From Raillietiella orientalis (taxonomy: Eukaryota), in the NCBI GenBank assembly GCA_036172245.1, contig JAYWIR010000006.1, forward strand, positions 3,348,001 to 3,412,000: DNA of 64,000 nucleotides, written 5' to 3'. Below are positions 49,840 to 61,955 of this stretch, in pieces. A program made the position numbers and the translations under genes. The notes under the pieces are model-generated. The model saw nothing but the letters and a program-made list of their open reading frames with translations. It was not told the DNA's origin and made no database searches. Position 1 is the stretch's first letter. Each line of letters begins with the position of its first letter.

Positions 49840-50460
49840 TGAGTTGGCGGCCACGTGGCTACCGTCTCCGAGAACATAGCATTGAGCGGCGCAGGTACGA
49901 ATCTTGTCCAGGGACGGATCGACACCGAGAAATGAGGGGATGCGTTGTGAGTTTCAAGTCCCCCAGCAGGATGATGCTGGTTGGCCTACTCGGGTGTGGC
50001 GCCACTTGAAGAGGTCGGAAACCCTCGGATGCCCCCGTTGACTGGCCGGGATCGGATGATGTTGACCTTCCGGAGTTCTTCCAGGACAGCTCCAGGAGCA
50101 CAGGTTCCCTTCGGAGTTCCCCTCAGGTTGTGAAACTGGAGTCTTTCCCTCTTTGTTTCGGGGTGACCACTCCATCTCGTGCTATGGAGTTGGTTGATAC
50201 CCCTTTCGATGGGTTGCCTCCCCAGAGTATCCAACAAGCGCGCTGCTCCCTTCGAGAAGCGACCCTTCCGAGAAACTGGGAAGCGTCCCTTCCGGGTTCT
50301 CTTCGGAGGAGGAACAACGAGCGGTTCCTTTGCGTGAGGTCCCTCTGGAGAAGAAACGAGGAGCTCCCCCCCAAAACCGGTATTCCTCCAAGGAGAATAA
50401 GCAAGAAGTGTTTTTCTTCAGCATCCTTTTCCGAACGTAAAAAAAAATAAAAAAAAGAAG
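49840..50460 (+). mobile_element. tRNA-derived SINE-like element, copy 4 (partial)
   Basis: Head GAGTTGGCGGCCACGTGGCTACCGTCTCCG...GGTACGAATCT; shares GGATGCCCCCGTTGACTG with copy 3 and GTTGACCTTCCGGAGT with copy 6. Confidence 0.72.
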
Positions 50461-50599
50461 CGAGGAAAAGAGACGTCAGGGTGCCGTTGAAGTGTGGTCC
50501 AGGCAGACCACGGACCTTCACGGATAGGGCGCTGTTACACTCCACGGACGGGTTTGATGCAGTTCGCCGAGCAGCGTCGGGTACGGAAGCGTCCCTGAG

Positions 50600-51526
50600 A
50601 GCGCGTCGGAGGCCTTGTGGTTAAGTCTTCCGCGCTTGGTACCACGAGTCGCAGGTTCGAATACTCCGGTAGAAACTGACGCCACCGCGTCGTTGGGTTC
50701 CGAGTTTCTCCTGCAATGGCGCTGGTTGGCTGAAACATCCGGGAGTGGCACCGGTAGCGGTTAAAGCCCGGAGACCCCCGATGAAGACCGGAACAATGGG
50801 AGTCGACCCTCGGGTCCTTCCAGGAATCAAGGACTGGGGGAGTTCCTCCTCCGGTCGTAGAACGGAGAGCGGATCTCCCACAGCGGATGGACCCCTCCGG
50901 TTTCAAGATGGAGCAGGAGCCTTCACAGGCACCTCTCCAGTTGTTTAAAGGAGAGGACCCCCCTGTGTTGCGGGAAGGACCCTCCGAGTCGCCGCCTCTC
51001 CAGAAGAGTGCAGGGAAGCAAGCGAAAGAGATCTCCCTGCGGGAAGCTGCAGAGTCCCTTCTGAATTTCGGAAGTGTCCCTTCGGGGCTCTCTTCAGAGG
51101 AGTGAACAGGAGCGGTTCCCTTGAGGGTTCCTTTCGGAAAAGATGAAATGGAGAGGACCACCCCCTTCCGGGGGGATCCCTCCGGAGAGAATGAGAAAGG
51201 AGACTCCCTTCTGGGTTGCCCCTTCGGAGACAACCAGGGTAGGAGGTGCGATCCCCCTCCCCAAACGTGAAAGCAGGGTACTACGAGACTTCCTAGATTC
51301 ATAGGGCGGACCCCTTTTCCGGGTGCCTCCCTATCTTGAAGAATAACACGCACCCTCCGCGGGTGGTGTTAAAGCGCCAGGTGCGCCGCGAGGCACGCGG
51401 CCGGCTCTTGAGGTACTTAGCGAATCGAAAAAAAGGAAACCAGAAAAAAGCTGAACAAAAAAAAAATGCTGGAAGGGAAAAAACAGCGAAGACAGAAAAG
51501 AACCCAAAAGGATTTCCAACATCCTA
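50600..51526 (+). mobile_element. tRNA-derived SINE-like element, copy 5 (near full length)
   Basis: TGTGGTTAAG A-box-like motif, B box GGTTCGAATAC (50654-50664); long near-identical blocks with copy 2 (GGGTTCCGAGTTTCTCCTGCAATGGCGCTGGTTGGC); ends GGATTTCCAACATCCTA. Confidence 0.85.
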
Positions 51527-54500
51527 TGCGACCACTGCGGGAATCCACCAAACCACCACCACGGAAACGGGAAGGTTAAGGAGACGTCCCTGCAACCTGG
51601 CGGAACGAGGTGCCTTCGGAGGCAGGCCAGCTGGTCCGCGAAGGTCCCCGAGAAGCTGACCCCAACCTCTTCCGGTGAGAAGAGGAAGCAGCGATCCTGG
51701 AGGGCCCCAAGGAATCCTGCGACGAGAGGAGGTGGCTCCGATGCCCTGGCTGCGTTCCTCTTTAACGGAAGGAAAGTCGGTCTGCATCCTGCGCGGCAAG
51801 AGGGAGGTCTCGACGGATCCTGGGATGGGGACGGTTGCGTCCTGTGGGAGGGGCGAGAGGATGCGAAACTCCTTCATCGCGCAAGCAGGCCACAAACGCG
51901 GCCGCAAGAAGGACGGGAGTGTTGCCCTGGCTACAAGGTGGAGTCAGCGACGCGCTACGACAGGGAGATGGAGGAAGCCTGGAAGGAGGGAATGGAAAAG
52001 CAAGCAGCCGGCACAAGAAGCGGGGCGATCCTCCCCCCTCCCCTCCCCTTACTGAGAAGCGAATCTCTTCGTCGCCCTCCTTGGTCTCCCTTGGCAACTC
52101 CTAAGATTTGTCTCGATCTCCGGCAGCAAGAGTTCCGCCCACGGGGATGGATTCCACCGAGGAGGAATCTCTCCACGAAGCGGAGCGGAACCCCGTCATC
52201 CTCCTCGCGACCTCTTCCTGATCTTTCCGTTCCCGCAGGGTGCTCTGGCGAGTTCGGCCTCAACCGGGGAGCCGGGAATTTCGCGAGAGTCCCTCCCGCG
52301 AACTTCAAGTAGGTCGTCGGACCAGAGGGAGCCCGGCCAAGGGAACGTAAGGAAGAGGCCCTCCGGGCGACCAGGAGGGTCCCCAGGAATTCCTGTCATC
52401 GAAAAAGGTCCCAGAAAGGCGGCGAGGATAGTTGGGGCGCCAAGAGGAAAGCAGGTTCGCAAGGGTCTTTCTCGACCCCCTGGAACTTCGAGCGGGAAGG
52501 TAGTTCCCTCTCCCTCCCCTCCCTTTCTTTTCGCGTGCCCGCTAGCCCCGCGGGCTGCAACCGAAGGGGTCAAGTGATCGAAAGAGCAGGCGCAGCGAGG
52601 TCGCGCAGATTGCACGGCAAGGTCAGCCCAAGGTCTTCCGGAGCAACGCCCATAACCGTTCATGTTTAACCCAGGGGATGTAACTCCCAGGGATGCGCGA
52701 AATGATAGTTTGCTCTACGCCTCGAGATGTGCGCCTCTGAGACAAGAAAGCGGCTCCAGATGAATCCATCCCTCATCTGATTGCTGTTGCTACAGAGTAG
52801 GAGCAATGCAGATCAGCCTCCCTTTCCGTCAGCCGTTTGCCTCCGAGAGACCGCCAGATTCCTTGCCTTCCCAGCCTCCGCCTCCCACGCGACACCGGAT
52901 GCGGCGCACGGGGAAATCACATGACGGCACTGTGCTCTCTTGCCGCTAGCTCGCGTAAGTCCCGCGGAAGGAAGGAAAGGAGAACGGAACTTTGAGTTCG
53001 AACCCTCGAAAAAAGGGAAGCGAAGAGGCGACTCAGCGGCACCGCGATGGCGGGTGGCGGAAACGGGAGGCCTCATGAAGGGGAACAACTCTGGGAAACT
53101 GCAGCTTGACAGGGGAACCCGCTTCTAGCAGACGGTCCATTCAGCGAGAGACGATGCGTGAAGGGGTTGGGGCCACTCAAAGGAGGGAAAGGACGGAGAT
53201 GCAAGGATGCTCTCTCGAAGACGGTGGGCTCGAGAGCAGGCAGAAAAAGCAGCTTTTGTTTGTTAACCTCCAAGACTGGGGCGTTTTTTTTTTTTTACTG
53301 GAGTGCGGTTTTGTGGCCTGGTGCCTTTTTTTTTACCTATGCAAGGAGGGAGATCGCTTTCATCGCGTGGGCGGAGTTCGCAGGAAACTGCCTCGCATCC
53401 AAAAAGCGGGTGCAGCATCTTCGCTTCTCAGAGAGGCATTCGAAGATCTGGAGAACAAAAGGTCTTCCTGCTTAATGTGCATTGTGTTCCCTAACTTTCG
53501 GACAGCCAATCTACGAAAAAATGGGATCCATCACGTGGTGGAACTTCCTTCGATCCGTAGACATGGTCATCCCAAGAACTGGCAGCGTTTCTCATCGCAG
53601 TCTTCATCCCACGGATGCTCATAGACATCAGACACAGCACGGCAACTGATAAGCCCAACTAGCAGTACGAGGGAGACTCGGATTGGATCCCGGTTCGATT
53701 CGATAATGGCCGGCAGCAGATGAGAGTACGGGATGATGGAAACTCCGAGGATTCGACAAAGGATCAATCATCGATCCTTTAATTTCGGATTGTAAATGAA
53801 AACGCGCGCGCGACGACGCTGCGCACGAGAGCTGCACGGGTGCCAACGCGGCGAGAACACGCGTAGAGGACGGGCGAGTCCTGCAGCCTCCTCCAAATTT
53901 GCGATGGATCTGTTCCCTGTCAAAGCAGTCTCGCCTGCATGCCTTCGGACCACTTTCTCCGGAAGACATTCCGGGTTCTGAACTGGTAATAGGAGGCTGA
54001 ACGAAGTCTATTTGTTTTTAGGTGACGAGACTGCGGTTGCTCAGCGACCAAGGAAGGGAGGTGCTTACGTGAATGGGCGCCATTTTGAGAATGCGTCTAC
54101 TTCTCTGTAACAGAGAAAACGAGTTGTGTTCCAATTCCTGGTCCCCAGAGGTTTCCATTGGGTGCGCCAAACCACAACCTCGGCAATCTAAAGATCTCCG
54201 CTTTTCTATCACATGTTTCCATGGTCGCTTGGAACTCTAGAGAGTGAGCTTTCTACGAGCATTCCAGACTGGTGACTCCGCAGCACGAACGAAGCATCCC
54301 AGTTCTGTTTCAGTTCCAAGTTGAAGGTGAAAGAAGAAGAAAAGAAAAGCTGGTGATGGAAACAACATCTGGTCTTCCGAGAAGAGCGATTGCAAAGCAT
54401 CCACGAAAAAACCTCGAAATCTCTCTCGTGTGGTGTTGAATCAACATAAGTTCTCATATGAAGTAGCATCCTTATCAGGTTGTTCAAGAAGCTTCCGGAT

Positions 54501-56573
54501 GAGAAGGTCGGTAATCAAAGCTTGTCTGCCCGATCCTCTCTGCATTCCGAGATGTCTGTCTAAGATGCTGAATACCAAACGAGGGAGTCAACTGCACCGT
54601 TTCATACGGGAAAAAGAGAGTTCGAATCACCTGTGACCAGTAGCCACTCTAACAAACCCGTCCTGAGGTGGTGCTGGTGAGGGGGATGAAATGGATGCCG
54701 AAGATTGGGAACTGTTGCAAGAGGAAGAAAGATTCATCGAAATAAGATAGAAAACGGCGCCGAAAGATGCTGGAAGCTTGGCTGAAAATGGCTTTCGATG
54801 GGGAACATGGAAGGGAACGGGGGAAACGAACTCGATAGAGGTGAGCGAAAAACAAATGGATTGCCATTCAGTATCTTTTTGCTGGAGCTTTGGGCTCACA
54901 GGCAGCAACAACTCCGAAAGGCGCGCTGGGAAACTGCGGACCGAGCCCAACGGCTCACAGAAAGTCCAAAGTGGAAGCGCAGGAAATGTGGGAAGTGCAA
55001 CCTCTTCCGGGACTCCAGCACGACGTCGTCACGCCGAGTGAAACGGAGAGGGCATTTGGAACCGCACCCAGACATGCTCTGCTGGCTGTAAAAAAGGTGG
55101 AGAATGGGGGAAGTCATTTCCCTTCTCCCCTATTGGACAGAAAACGAAAAAAGGTAACAATCAGCATCCATCTGCCGTTTGCTAAATTCTCCTCGAAGCA
55201 AACCATTAGGGAAAGCGAAGAGAAGAACAGAAGCTGCAAATCTCCTGTTGAAAAGAAAATTCATCAAATATGATAATGATAGGGAATCAGGGAATGCAAC
55301 CAGGATCATTACTCTCATCAGCCGAACGAGCATCCTCATTATTCAGACGAATGAAAACGGAACCTGAATAATCTTCGCGGGTGAGATGAAGGATCTTCGC
55401 ATGAAGGTCACAATAAAACGCCCAAAATTCTTCGGCTACCAGCAAAGGATGCGCAAGTTGGGCTGCAAGACGGAATGACCGGAAAAAAGCAACCCGCCCT
55501 CATTTATGAAGAAATCGATTGATGCGCATCGCGAAGGAAAACACGGAAGACAAAACACACACGTACGTGCATCAGACATCAGGAATGAGGTGTCCTTCAG
55601 CGCCGGTGTGAGCCACGGCATCCTTCGATTGCCGATTCTCCATTCGCCAAAGGTGGACTCGGACTGCTTGAGATCTCCCTACCTCTGCGTCTTTCCTTTT
55701 CTCTTCCAGCCGCCATTGATGAACGAACGGCAGTGGGTTGCGATTAATATTGCAGAAGACAGAGCTGGCTAGGAATCACTCAACAGACGCGTTGTCAAGT
55801 GTTCCTCGACACATGCTTCTTGAGCCATTTCTCGAAGAGATTCAAGCAATCTGCTTGATGCTTTTCTGCTGTTCGTTCGGAAACTCTCCAACGTATGATC
55901 AACGAAAGTGGCTGCTTGATGAGAAGCCAGCCACCCCGTGTAAACTAAGCGGAGGGTTTCCCCCAAGAGGAAAAATCCGCAAAGAGTTTCTGAACCGCCT
56001 CCTTTTCAAGGAGGTTTCGTCGCGAGGCGCAGGAACATCGCGAGTCCTTCCCCATTCTTGATAGTGTCTGGCTGGACTAGCCGGTGAGGCAAAGTCGGGG
56101 TAAATTGGGGCAAACTCTCCCGAGCTTTACGGTGAGCTTTATGGGGACCTGCGACCGTGAGCTCTCGATCTCTAACTTGCGACAACGGCCTCGGGGTCGC
56201 AGGCAAGCTAGGATCAAGAACCCTTCAACAAGAACTCGGCTATTCGAACACACCACTGTTGTTTACTCCATCTTCAGCTGATACCACAGTGCTTTACATG
56301 AGGAGAATGACGTCATCTGGACTGATTCCCCGGGAACCAGAAACGGTTCGCTGCTCCCCCCGAAGTAGTCGTAAAAAAGTACGTGGCGGCACGGTAGGTT
56401 GTACTGAACGGGGGAGAGGGAGGAACTAGACATGGCGTGTGCCAACGCTTCCTTGTAGAGGATGCTTTCGTTCGTTTTGCACTTTCGTTCGATCAAGGTA
56501 GTCGGCATGCCGCTTCTTACGGAAGGTCCAGAGGGAGCTTCTTGCCGACGAGTCGAGTGCTCCTTCGAACCAT

Positions 56574-57115
56574 CCCGCGTTGGCGGGAGGGAGGCTGTTG
56601 CCTCCGTTCGTGGTGCCAAGAGTCGCGGGTTCGAATCCCACCCCAGGAAAGGATGGACGCCTAGAAACGGGTGTGTCGCGGGTTTCGAGTTGCTACCCAC
56701 AATATGGCCCTGGTTAACCTATTTGAGGGCGGCGCTGGTGGAATCAGACGGAATCCCCGTGATGTCTTCGTGGAATAATCGGGATTCGGAAGTTGACCTT
56801 CCGGAGTCAACTTCCAGGAATCAGAATCAAGGAGCCGGCTCCCTTCCGGTTGAGAAAACGGAGCCGTACCATTGAGTACCTCCATCGAGAGTTACCTCTC
56901 CGGAGCCCTAAGAAGAGCGCTGCTCCCTTCGGCGTTCTCTTCAGAGAAGGAAACCGGGAGCGTTTCCCTTGCTGGTGTCCTCTGCAGAAGATATTCCAGG
57001 AGAGAATGCTTTCCCGAACTCCTTTCTGAGGAGAAATGAAAAGCGACTCCCTACAGGAGACCCCTCCAGAGACAACCAGGGAGAGGGTTCCCTTCGGGCT
57101 GCTCTTTCGAGTGCA
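56574..57115 (+). mobile_element. tRNA-derived SINE-like element, copy 6 (3'-truncated)
   Basis: Head CCCGCGTTGGCG..., consensus B box GGGTTCGAATCCC (56627-56639); body includes CCCTTCGGCGTTCTCTTCAGAG and CCCTCCAGAGACAACCAGGG. Confidence 0.78.
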
Positions 57116-60100
57116 AGAGGAAAGGACTTCTTCCTTCGGAACCTTTCCTGCACTCATGAGACGGTCCTTACCCGAGGTACCCCCCGAACTCTAAGAGTTT
57201 TCGAATTGCCCGACGCAAACGAAGCGCCTCGGAGGTTCAGTTCCATCTTCGCCCATCGCTGCGCCGCGGCTGAGGTTTCCTTTGGTGCTGCTGAGCACCA
57301 GCAAGAGGCGGATGGATTCTTCTCTTCCACAGGCACCCTCTTGCGAGCGGTTTGCGAGATTTCCTTGGGTTCTCTGCAACGCCCCACGATCCATATTGCT
57401 TGGATCCTGGCACCCACGCAACGGCAGTCAGTTCGCATTGTTCTCAGCAGGGAATGGATCGCTCGCTCGGAGGATGTGCTCCGCAACGTCCTCCTGTAGG
57501 GATATCCGATCCACTGGAATCCACTGGACTATAATTTTCTGGAATCTTCTGGAAGGACAGGAGCCAAGCCCTTTCATCCTCACACATTGATAGGGGGCGC
57601 CGCAGGCACCGACGAAAATCGACCCGACAGCTACCTCGGCCTGGGAGCAACACGGCTGCCTCCAAGAAGGCGGACAGAGGGAAAGACGGTCGACCGGAAG
57701 CCACATGCTTTCCGTTTCGCTCTCGGGAGCAACCGGAGCATTAGTTCATGCGACTGGGAGAATACCGGGGTCCCAAGAACGGCCGTGTCTGAAAATTCCA
57801 GGAGCGTCCGGGAGCCTGCGTGCAAGGCAAATGACTATTGGTATCTGCAGCTGATACCAATAGTCAGCTGGGACCCCGCGCGGGGTTCTTACCCGGAACG
57901 ATTGGGAACTTCGGGATAAAAAGTTTCTCATTTTTCGCGATCACGGAGAAAGGCATTTTAGGATAAGCCACTCTCACCAATTCTGAATGGACCGGAACGG
58001 ACGGAAAAAATGTGAAATATGTACTCCCTACTGAAGTCCATTGTGCCATCTTGGCTTCCAGACATGCACAGTTCTTTCCCAAGATGCCCTTGTCAACTGT
58101 CTGTGTCGATCCCTCGGAATGGTGATTCTATCCGAGGTTCGATGTCTTACTATGGTAGACGTGGACCGCCCCGATCGAATTCATCCTAAAAACTGACTGC
58201 GCTTCCTTTTCCATCTGCCGTTTCCTGCCGGAGAAGAGGAAATCATCTGGCCGGGTCTGCGAAGATCCGCGAAGAAAAGACACAAAGTATGAGAAACCTT
58301 CCCAGATGCGATTTCCCTCGGCTGAGCAAGATTACGTGACGAGATGCACAAAGAGACCACCGCACAGGGCCGACAAAAAAAAAAAATAGGCAACGTGGAA
58401 TGGGTTCATCTCTCATTTGGGGATCGCCCGTTTTCGAGTCGGCTGCTTCCCTTCAGCTTCGGATATTTTACTGATAGGATGTGCCCACCTGCAAAATTTC
58501 GAGTTCGAACAGGTTCGACTTGCTTCAGTTGGTCCGTTCGCTTCGAAGGTCGAGGAGTTTCACTCTCGTTGGTCAGTCGGTGGAAGGCAGGTTGCGTATC
58601 TGGTGCTGTGAGGCAACTTTTGTCTTGTCGGGCCGTTGCGGTGGCGACCCATTCTCTTCCGATCCTTGGGAATCGGCTTCGAAAATCTCGAGATTTTCAA
58701 AGCTCCCTACGTGTTTCGGAAAAGTGAAAGTGGGACATCCGGAAATGCGCGGATGGAAAGCAGATGGTGGGTCGCCCCTTACCAAGCTCTTGAAGGTTTC
58801 ACCCTGCCTCCAGGTGCGTTTCGGCTAGAACTCTTGCACTTTCAGGAACCCACCGAGGCTGGAATCCGCTCGTGAACGAAAGGGGAAATTCGGCTGCTGG
58901 TGTCCAAACTCTCGGAATCTGTCCATCACTCTATCGTCTCTCTATCTTCGCCTGTAATGCTTTCCAGAGAAGTGCGACGGCACGGATCATCTTCGAATCT
59001 CACTACGTGTCTGCGTGACCTGTCGCTCAGTCTGAAGATGACACACTCCCTATTTCTTTTGCACTCACTGCAGCAGGAGTCATTCGGGCCGCATTTTCGC
59101 TGGTGAGCTGAACATGAACCTTTCTCCTGGAGTCCCACGTTTTACCGATTTCCGCCCTCAACTGCGCTCGCATCCTGCGTGGCTAGTCGTGAAAGGGTGG
59201 TCAACTCAATACCGCTCCTGATCGAAGCTCTACGAAAGTTTTCGCTGCAAGGAAAATTCCTAACGGGCAACTCCACTGCACATTGAGTCCCCGTTGTCCT
59301 GCGGCACCCTCTCTCGAGAATGGGAAACCAACCAGTGATCTCGGCGCTATTCTTTTTTGCAAAGTAGGGTGTTCTGATTGCTTTGCTCAAGGACGTTTTG
59401 GCGAAAGGGATCTGATCTGCCGCCTGTCGGAATCATTTCTCGGTTTCGGAAAACATTTGCATCCGAAAAGAACCAGGCAGGATGCAAAGACTCGGACAGA
59501 GTCCCATGAACATGGGAAAAAGTGACCTCCGACCATCTGAAGCAAAAAACTGGACCGCTGAAAATCTTCTTCAGAGAAAATGCAGAAATTCCGGCTAAAC
59601 TGAAAGGCCATCCGTGCACAGTAGCACATTGCAAAGTCTGGCTGACCCCTTGAAGACGTCCCGCCTCCACAAGAAGTATCAGGTGAGAAGGGAAGCCAGG
59701 CACGTTGAGATCTGCTGGATGACCTTTCTCATTGTACGCAGCGAGCCCGTCTCTTTTCGTGTGATTTGCCTGCTATTTGCTTTTTCCTGTTACGTCCTCT
59801 ACCCAGGTACATCAGTAACAGGACACGAAGATTAGTTAGTGCCATTCTGAACGGGTAGCGACCTCGGACAGAATTCACGTAACGTTCCTCGGTTGAGAGC
59901 TTTCCTAGCCATTGCAGAGTTGATCAGTATGCGCTGAGCACATCAATGAATGCCAAGGATTCATCATTGGTTTAGCAGAACCTCTGCAGGAAAACCTCTG
60001 GTTTCGAAAAAAAAGGAAATTTGGAATGCAAAGGACTGGGAGTTCCGTTAGTCTCGCGGAGTCTCGGAATTTCCGTGAACTTTCGTCCTTCCTCCATGGA

Positions 60101-61886
60101 TCGAATGGCAAACATCAGTTAAAGGAAAGGAAAGAAAAAAGAAGAAAATGGAACACGTCCGTCTTTCGCTGTTGATGCCGACACGCAGCACAACTGTCCA
60201 GAAGCTCGAGTGATAACAAAAGAAAGCGGAAAAAGAGCAGCAAATTTTAGAACATCCGAAAACGCCAAAATCGGTATTTGTGGTTCGCTTTTGTTCTCAG
60301 ACATAAAGAATGGTAGAAATGCTCTCCCGATGGGCGAGGCAGAAATGCCAGAGCTTCTCGCGTTAACATGGCTTGGCCTCAGAGATCAGATATTGGCGTG
60401 AAATATAGGTGGTTCCGATCAGGAAGCCAGAAATGCAGAGCCATTCAGAGCGGGCAGAAAATGCTTTAGCTGAGAGAGCTTTCTGTCTGAGGGCACAACT
60501 CCAAGAAAGGGAAAGGTTGAAGGATTCTCTTAGACCTTACAGAGAGACCACAGCACAGCAAGACAGGATGAACTCTTGTAACAGCATCCGTGAGGAACTT
60601 TCTCAAAGTTTGCTATCATGCTCGAAAAACATTGAAGATCCGTAAGCTACATGGTGAGCCACTTAAAAACCGTCGCGTCCAGAGTGCGGCTCCGCGGAGT
60701 GACGTCAGCGTGCATGCGATCGGCATGGCGGCCAACAATGCGATCTAAAAATGCAGGACGAGCGACTTCAAGTCGGTCGGCCTATGCAGCATGTGACATC
60801 AGCGTGCTCGATCAGCATGGCGGCGACACGTGGGGTGCCACGCACGGGTTTGGGAAAAAAGGAACGGTGAACCGCTTTCGTACTCACTTTCGGAGCGTCT
60901 TCGAGTGGCTCACCCTCGAGAAGCAAAAGGAAAAACGCTTCGTTGCTCTCAACAAAGCAGACTGGGGTCTTTAAAGGATAGAGAGAGGCTTGGACAAAGC
61001 ACCCTTCCAGCGAGTGACGCCCGCGTTCTCTGCCTTGAAACAGACGTTGAGCATGCAGCACCCCGCTGGAACTTCCCTCGAAGGAGTCTAGACCGTCATT
61101 AATAAAAGGGGAGCATTGGAAACTGGTAGGTGCAACACGGCTGTCCCAAATGTCGCTATGATGTGTCTGACTCTTATAATCACAATTGCAGGGAATTGGC
61201 AATCGGAATCGAATAAATCACTTGACGATGACACTTGAACTGCGGGAGCCAAATTAATTTGTGAATTTTGGAGGGGGGGGGGGCAAGGAATGCATGGGCG
61301 ACTTGGGAGACTGGGAAAACGACTAGAAACGCCCTGGTACCCGGTGCAATCCCTCATTCGTGAGTAAGACGGAGAATTCAGGATGTCGTCTAGGCAACGC
61401 ACATTGAGGAATGCACACTGCCGAGAAACAGGAATTGCCTTCAAGAGTGGGATCGTCACGAGAAAGGACAATTGCAATCCACTTTATTGAGCTGGTTGCT
61501 CAGAGTTCCCGAAGAAAGTGTGCCGAGTGAATTTCTAGTTGCCAAGGGAACGAATGAAGAAAACTCATAAGAGGACCGCTTTTTTGTAGCATATTGTTTT
61601 CTGGAGGACTCGCAAAATAATCAGAATTTCGAGCTCAAAAATTCGATATCGAAGGCTACACGTCTTCAACCTCATCTGGTTTCGGATTTGAGAATTCAGG
61701 AGCCTCAAGCAGGATGCAACACCGAAGACGTGAGGTTTGCACACAACGTGTCAAGTAGAGGAAGGGTGGCTGGAAGGACCGTTTTTCCAGCCATCCATCT
61801 TTCGCTTTACACGCTCTGGAAGCGGTTCGACCGTCCGCAAGGCGGAAATGTCCGCTCTTCGCTCGTTAGAAAAGCAATCGGCTTAC

Positions 61887-61955
61887 CTTATAGCCATGAC
61901 CATGGTGACCACCGTGGCGAAACGGGGCGAAAAGGAGTTCCGGACGGTGAACTTT
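61887..61955 (-). CDS. Candidate 5' STAC exon
   Basis: Pyrimidine tract then ggaatctag|, strong donor AAG|gtaagc; 69 nt, open KFTVRNSFSPRFATVVTMVMAI(R), phase 2 to 2; contains in-frame ATGs. No recognised homology. Confidence 0.33.

Noticed and set aside
56574..56650. Functional tRNA genes at the B-box motifs
   Set aside because: No complete cloverleaf with a paired acceptor stem; each motif is fused to the same repeat body, so these are SINE heads.
60300..60645. Plus-strand coiled-coil-like exon candidates (similar fragments at ~54660-54750 and 6962-7150)
   Set aside because: In-frame stops or frame changes, no recognisable homology and no consistent multi-exon model.
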